From Tubiluchus corallicola (taxonomy: Eukaryota > Animalia > Priapulida): a stretch of 64,000 nucleotides of DNA. The stretch is from positions 248,001 to 312,000 of the forward strand of contig JAQGDQ010000204.1 of the NCBI GenBank assembly GCA_030141605.1. Direction: 5' to 3'. The position numbers and the translations under genes were made by a program. Below the pieces are notes generated by a model that saw nothing but the letters and a program-made list of their open reading frames with translations, had not been told where the DNA came from and did not search any database. This document shows positions 56,751-64,000 of this stretch, one piece after another; positions within the stretch are counted from its first letter, which is position 1, and every line of letters begins with the position of its first letter.

Positions 56751-57552
56751 ATGCCTTACGACGACACGACTTCAAATAAGTAAGTGAAGTCATTTCTTTT
56801 ATATTCGTAGTAACAAATTATTTTTCGGGAACTCGCACTCTATAAATAGACAAGATGTGAAAAATAAAAACTAAGAATGCTCAAAGAATTAGTACAAATC
56901 TACAGGAAATTGGCGAGTTTGTAAGATTGTTAATTCAGGTGTCCAACAGCGATCGCTTTACGTGAGAGGGTGCGTAGAGATCAACGCCATGGAGATCAAT
57001 ACTTTTGATTTTTTTTAAATGCGATGAAATGATTTTCAACTACTTAATATTTGATATTGTAAAATAGGATAATGAACACAGATGGAACAGTACACGTATT
57101 TTAACTGTTGCTAGGAAGCACGGTAGTCTAGTGTTTTAAAACGTCTACATTGTAAGTAAAAGGTTCCAAGTTCAATTCCAGGCTGTGTTCCAACTTCGCT
57201 TGTTCTACTTTTCAATTTTGGTTTCAAAATTCAATTATTTGCGGATTTTTGTTACCGCAGCAAAATGTTCGGAACGTTGTGGCAGACTTAAAGTTAACTA
57301 AAGCTGCTTTGCTCATAATATTGTTCCTGATCAAACTGCAATTCCCAGTTACCTAGAGTCTGTGCTAAATATTTTTTTTGTTTCTTGCATAACCTCAACT
57401 TTACTCTTTGCAAAGATGCCAAAGAAACTTACTTTACAAAATAGTAATTCAGTTTATGGCAAAAAATCTCCGCTACACGCTAGGCCGTTCTTAGAAATCA
57501 TGATCTTATATTAGTTTAATATGTTTTTGATATATGTATATTTAATAAATAT

Positions 57553-57617
<65 letters not shown>

Positions 57618-59603
57618 ATTGACAAAAAACATTGTAGACTTTGCATGGTAAGTTCGGGCAAAGAGGTACAGTTAGAAAACTCAAGACAGACTTAGGTGTT
57701 CGTTCCTAGTTTGTGGTCAGTCGGGTTTCTGCTGCCGTTGTTTGTTGAACTTTCCCAGGTGATGAACAATGGCGAGGAATTCTATTACGACTTTTATCAT
57801 GTTTTGTGTAATTTTTGCAAGTCACACATCTAGGGTAACATATGAGTTATGTTATTCTTTTTATATTGAGTGTTATTAAATATAAACGTTCGCATGCAAC
57901 ACACTTACTATAGGCCTATATGTATATATGGTTTACTGCTTTCAATTGAAAATACCCCCCTGATTAGTGCTTTTCGTTGCATCGAAACTTTATTAGTCGC
58001 GGTATGCAAACTGAAATCTCGATTTTTTTATAAATGCATATAATGCCATGCACGTCGAAAGCGTGATTATCCGTGTTTGAGAGGTCGGTAATCGAGAGAA
58101 TTCGGTATTTGTAAGAAGAACGTCACGGATCCGAAATAAAGTCTGCTGGGAGCAACTAGAGACTACCTGTAAAATCCTTGTAGTATGCTAACGCTACTAT
58201 GATTCCTCGCATTAAGATGTTCCTTAAACTTTTGGAATTACATCATTTCGTAAAATACAAAAGATAAACTTAGAACTCTTAAAACACTGAACTCCAGCAA
58301 TGAACTGTGATTATAACAACTGTACTTTCTTTTGTATAGGTTCTACGAATTTCGAACATTTCAGGTAAGAAAAACAATTTAACAGATTTTTCTTCTACTC
58401 GCTGAAGATAAAATAATGAAAAAATGTACATTTCCCCACATTTTGGATAGAGCTAATATTGATATAACTAAGCAGATTAGTTCATTTTTGCAAAGATGTG
58501 TGATTATTTTTTGCTGAATGTTTAACTAGCCTGAACTGGACTTATTAGTGAAATAGTTACAAAATGTAATGTAATTATAACATTCCTTGTAGATTAACTT
58601 TCATATAAGCCTGCATAAATTGGCGCTTAAAAGGAGATCACTACGATTTCAAGGCAAACGTGATCCACTCTGACACTAAAGAAAAAAACAAAGCACATGC
58701 TCCATCCATCCAATGCAAACGCAACTATACGGAGGCGAAAATATTCTCCACCATGTTTTTGCTTACTGTTGGCCATTATTTTTAACCCTGTATTGTTTTT
58801 ACTCTTTTTTTAGGTTTTGGTGTGTATGTGTTCTACTATTTTAATTTCGTAACTCTTCCTTCGCACACAGAATTAAAAATTTTAAATAAAATTAATAAGC
58901 ACAGTCAAGACACCGAAGCGTGATTAAAGATATTTTTTCTTCCACCAACTACAGGTACAGCATAAACCATGCATGAAACTGAACGTTACCGTTCTTCATG
59001 GAGAGAACATCACCAAAGGATACTGGGGCGACTATTGTAAGTACTTAATATACAATTGATAATCAGTCAGAATGAATAGAACTAGTCCGAACACACATTG
59101 GTTACTCGCTTATAGATTTTCTTCTGATCACTTACCGTTGCCATAGCCGTTTTTGTAAAAGTTTAGAATACTAACCAGTTCTGTTGCGATGACAAAAAAT
59201 TATTACATGACCAACGAGAACGCAAACAGTATCACGGCGGGGATTTGTAGAGTTACCTGATAAGCGAGTAACCCAAAAATTAAAGAACATTTAAACAAAG
59301 GAATATATTAGCGTTAGCAACCACAATAATTTTACAGTTGGTGTTTGTTGCTTACAGTTGACACACCGGATCCGTACGTTGTGCTACAAATGCCGAATTC
59401 TCTCGAATGTCGACATCAAACCCGGATAATCAGCAATGAAGTGAATCCTGTCTGGAATGAAACATTCAGCTTTCATTTTGATCCTGCTAATAAAGATACG
59501 ATGAAATTATGTAAAACTTCTTGTTTAAACGTTAAATTTTTACCCAATGACATGTGGACTTACAAACAAATACCCCCCCCCCCTTGCTCTCTCCCCTTCA
59601 CTG

Positions 59604-59661
<58 letters not shown>

Positions 59662-60057
59662 TCTCGATCTTTCTGTCGTTAAAAAAATCCCAGTGTTGGT
59701 ACATCGTACGAACTTGACATTTAAAAAGTAACGTAAATGTAAAGCGTCCAAAGTTTGTCAAAATAATATCAGTCTAAAAGAGTATCAAAAGGTTTAGTCA
59801 CTTGGATCCGACTCGAGTTGCACAATAATTTAGGTAACAAATTCTATAATTCTTATAACCTGCTATGGGCGATAGATGTCTAATGACTCAAACTTCAATT
59901 TGCAATCTTGTCACTTCTGTATTATCCTAGATGTGCGTCTTATGGATTCTAATTACACGATGGATGAAAGTCTGCAGGAACAGATCATCAACATTCGTGA
60001 CTTTGCTGCAGGAGAAATAAGAGAAATAGCTTTACATTTCTACGAGGTGAACATGCA

Positions 60058-60104
<47 letters not shown>

Positions 60105-60109
60105 TATAC

Positions 60110-60147
<38 letters not shown>

Positions 60148-63091
60148 GTATATGTACATATCTTATATATATTTATATATATATAATAGTTTTCAGCTTG
60201 ATTAAATATGGTCGTTTTGTGCGCTTTTTTACACTTCATGCACTAAAATTGATTTAATAGTAGTTCTATTGTGTTCGTGCGCGTGCACGTGAGTATGCAT
60301 GCGCGCGGGCGAGACATCAATTACAAAACACTTTACGAAGTTTCACTTTTACACAAAAGCAGAAAGAAAATGTTCCAACTAAGATTTTCTGATACTTTTA
60401 AGCTTTTCTTGGCTTCGACACGAAATCCGCGCTCTATTTGTATTGGTAACTATTGGATACCTCCATTGACAGTGAGTCTCACGTGCTTATATAGGTTCGG
60501 GGGAAAATTAAAAGGTTTTGTCAGTCGGTTAGCAATTGTGTTTGTAAACAAAATTTAACTTAAAATAACTTGATCTCGAAAATGACTGCATAATGTGGAG
60601 TACATAGTGGGCAAATATCAAGTTCAAGCGTACTGTGCCATCCCAGAATGCAGCACACCACGTGAACAGAACAAGCATGGAGCAATAACGTGACGTCAAT
60701 GTTCAACTGCACACCACAACAAGAACACAACAACTCACGCAAGTACTTGACATCCTATTCTGGGATGTAACAAGCAAATACTAAACACCTCATATATTTG
60801 GTTAAGTCACTATTTCAAGGGGATCAGCTTTTTCTTTTTTCAGGGAAATTCGTAACAGGCAGAAATGCTTGTGTTTCATACTGCACTATTGAAGAAACGG
60901 TCTTTTGATACGTTTAGTTTGATGATGCTAAGGTATCCTCCTTTAAAATTTAATTATTTGTTAATTATTATGTTAAACTGACATTACGTTTTTGGCATTA
61001 TAGGTGAAGCAATTACTGCTACTACTACTACGACGACGACTACGACTACTACTACCAACAACACTAGCACTAGTACTACCACTATTACTAATATATTTTT
61101 CTTGCAGACAGCTCAAGTGGTGCTTCATATGCATGTGATTGAAGCTGTGTGAGTATCCCAGTCGTTGACTATATTTTGAAAAATAGTAAATTATCTAAAA
61201 ACTGCAAAAAAACGTCTGACCCATCATGAGTAACTACTATTTATTATTATTATTGTTATTAAATTATTATTTGACAAAAGAGGTACAAGGCAGAGAACAC
61301 AAAATCAATTATAATAATTTGTTTCAACTGTTTCAGTGAGCCTTCTATAAGGATCACTCCTACATTGTGCAAAGAAGAAGACAAGTTTCTGAAGAAGAGG
61401 CGGGCGCACGTTTACAAAGCAATGGCTTCTTTATTAGGCGAGAGAGCACCAAGGCGCGAAGAAGAGGTAAGGGCAGAGTAAAAATATAACAAAAATTTAT
61501 TTACGACAGCTTTGAAAGTCCATATTTAGAGAATTTCCTAAATTTCCATATTTCTACAATTTTTCAAAAGAAGGTATTAAAGAAGTGCCACACTTTCCAA
61601 AAATAGCATTTAAAATTATAAAGCGTACTTCTTTTTTATTCGAAAGGTATTTCAACTTTGTATTTCAGGTTCCAACGATTGGTATGCTAGGATCTGGAGG
61701 TGGTTTTCGAGCAATGGTTGCACTTTCTGGTGTCTTCAAGGCACTTGCTGATAGCCAGATTCTCGACTGTGTCACCTATACAGCAGGATTATCTGGTTCA
61801 ACTTGGTAAAAGCCAAAAAACAATTATTATTAATACAAATACTTGAAAAATGATATTGCAATGTAAGAATTTGCTATTAACAAAAAACATCGCTATACTA
61901 TCTTTGCTATACATCGCAGCATATTAATTTTCTTTGTATTATAATTTTGAGAATACTGTTTCAGGTACATTTCATTCCTATATTCGCATCCTGATTGGCC
62001 CTTCAAAGCACTTAGCGATATAAACAATGAGCTCAAAGATTGCATTGACACAAGTTGGGCATATGAACTCCTCACGCCTCAGAGTATGTTGTGCCACGTC
62101 AGCGCCGTCATAGAAAAGTGGAAAAAGGGTCAGCCAATCAGCTTCACGGACTTTTTTGGACATCTGATCGGAGACACGTTACTTTCAAATGTAAGTGTCA
62201 TTCGTGATTTTCAAATAAAATTAATGGTTATTCTTTGATCAAAAGATATAAAAAGCAGGAAACAGAAAATATGATTATATTTCATTTATAGATTTATTAT
62301 TTATTAGGTACAAAAAATGTCACATACAATTGCAATGAACCTACACATCAGATAAATAGATGTATGTTACACGAACAGTAGATTAAAAACAAACAAACAA
62401 AATAATAATCAGTATTCTTAATTCTTAATTAATACTATTCTTAAGTATGCACTAGCCAGCAGACAAGTTTAAGTATTTCAGTATCACAACTGCTACATAA
62501 GAATATAAAGTGTTCATCTATTGTTAGGTTTACAAAATCAGGACATAAATTCGTTACAATTTGAAAGTATTTAGCTCTAACATTGTTATGCTTAGTACAA
62601 TACGTATACATATGTTTTCCGCTATCGAACGCCTTTTGGTAAATAGTTACAAAAAGTTTTCAAGCACATAATTGAATTTAAATTTACAATATGGTCTCAA
62701 TTTATTACGTTCATTAATATTAGTAGCTGACATACACAGTTTTGCAAGCTAAAATTTAGTCTTCAGAGTAAAGACTTTCTTACGGTAAATTCCGGTAGTC
62801 AGAATGGCATAGCGACTCGAACCTGGCTACTTATCAAGGATCATATTCCTCTAATGATGATGTCTAATCAAAATGGTGTCTCTGCATATGCATATCTAGT
62901 TTCAACGAAAGCATTACGGCAGACGTAATTGCTAAGCAATGATATACATGCTCTTCATATATTTTATTTTCCACAGCGGAAAGAATGTCGCTTGACAGAC
63001 CAAAGAAGAAAAATTGAAAATGGTGAAGTCCCATTACCCCTGTACAGCTGCCTGCATGTAAAGAAAAGCGTGAGTGCTCAAGTATTCAGTG
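56751..63091 (+). CDS. PLA2G4A: Cytosolic phospholipase A2 (group IVA-like), paralog 2, first 10 coding exons (incomplete at window edge)
   Basis: Exons 56751-56779, 58340-58364, 58955-59036, 59358-59510, 59931-60046, 61108-61148, 61337-61466, 61669-61805, 61965-62190, 62977-63091; same phases and mostly the same sizes as paralog 1; open frame with C2 motifs, GSGGGFR and GLSGS. Confidence 0.9.
57115..57245 (+). mobile_element. tRNA-derived SINE copy in intron 1 of cPLA2 paralog 2
   Basis: A-box-like ggtagtctagtg, B-box-like gttcaattcc, body shared with 22638-22752. Confidence 0.55.
57555..57613. repeat. (TA)n microsatellite
   Basis: Directly visible. Confidence 0.95.
59573..59665. repeat. 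Poly-C plus (CT)n(CA)n microsatellite
   Basis: Directly visible. Confidence 0.9.
60058..60185. repeat. Interrupted (TA)n microsatellite
   Basis: Directly visible. Confidence 0.95.
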
Positions 63092-63394
63092 GTATGTTTC
63101 TGCTTATTGGTATGCAGTATCTAGAATATAATAATAACTTGCGTTTTGATAACTAGCTAATCGACTGGTCAAATCAAACAGACCTACATTCTAGATGTTT
63201 AATTTAGTAGATGAATATAATGTAATTTCAGCAATGTTAAGGCGTCCATTTACGGCTATTATTGCTTCTATTATATGTGAAGAACCTATCACATGTTTAG
63301 TAAAATGTGTTTTTATGTCAATAACTTAAATACCTATATTTGTGTCAACTGAATGTTATATTGTCTGCTCTGTCCAGGCCCAATCTATGTGGTA

Positions 63395-64000
63395 CCGTAA
63401 AACGGGGTGAGTTCGCCACCCCTTACGTAATGGCCATTGTAGGTTTGCTGTAACTGTTGTTCAGTGTTTAATGAACAGATATCATGATCACCGTCATTAT
63501 AAACAGTTTGCGACAGTTATCTTCTTTCAATTCGCACTAGAAGTATTCCATTCTGCGCTACATATTATTTGTCTACTATTTCTTGCTACTTAACATGCCA
63601 CGCACCTGCACCCCTGTACCGGGTCATAGATACCAAAATTATACCCCTGAAGCTCTGGAAGCTGCCCTACATGCCGTCAAGAATACCAACAGGACAATCA
63701 ACGCAGCGGCGAGGCAATTCGGAGTTCCAAGAAAGACCCTTTCTGACAAACTCTCAGGAAGTCATCCGCGGAAGACCGGAGGTCAGCCAGTGTTCTCCGC
63801 CGCCGAGGAGCACGAAATCGCCAACACTCCAAGTGGCCGCTGAGTGGGGGTTCCCAATGACTGCCATCGATCTCCGACTACTGATTAAGAGCGTTCCTGA
63901 CGCGAAGGGAATCCAGGAACGACGATTCAAGGCAAACACCCCTGGAATAGACTTTGTCAAATCATTCGCCCGAAGGAACAATCTGGTTTTCAGAGCGGCT
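63395..64000 (+). mobile_element. pogo-type (Tc1/mariner superfamily) DNA transposon, left end with frameshifted transposase
   Basis: TA at 63393-63394 then terminus CCGTAAAACGGGGTGA; ATG at 63595 gives a pipsqueak-type HTH (YTPEALEAALHAV..INAAARQFGVPRKTLSDKL); after a frameshift near 63826 it continues LQVAAEWGFPMT..FKANTPGIDFVKSFARR (CENP-B-type HTH). GC content rises sharply. Confidence 0.88.

Overview
AT-rich, intron-rich animal (invertebrate-type) genomic DNA. I assembled the spliced genes by hand from GT-AG junctions and reading-frame continuity. Left to right: first coding exon of a KLF9/13-type transcription factor (- strand, runs off the window); a divergently oriented 6-exon gene for an MLKL-like four-helix-bundle plus brace protein whose C-terminus is ankyrin-like, not a pseudokinase; two tandem paralogous genes for secreted Gly/Tyr-rich proteins with six conserved cysteines that I cannot assign to a family; a complete 17-exon cytosolic phospholipase A2 (PLA2G4A-like, 832 aa); a 6-exon minimal astacin metalloprotease; and the first 10 coding exons of a second cPLA2 paralog with a pogo-type transposon in its last visible intron. 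Between and within genes are decayed LINEs, tRNA-derived SINEs, MITE/fold-back elements and long compound microsatellites. Best leads: the pseudokinase-less MLKL-ankyrin protein, the unassigned secreted protein pair, an apparent single-exon gene conversion between the cPLA2 paralogs, and an FFAT-like motif in the cPLA2 C-terminal extension. Family calls rest on remembered motifs; no searches were run.
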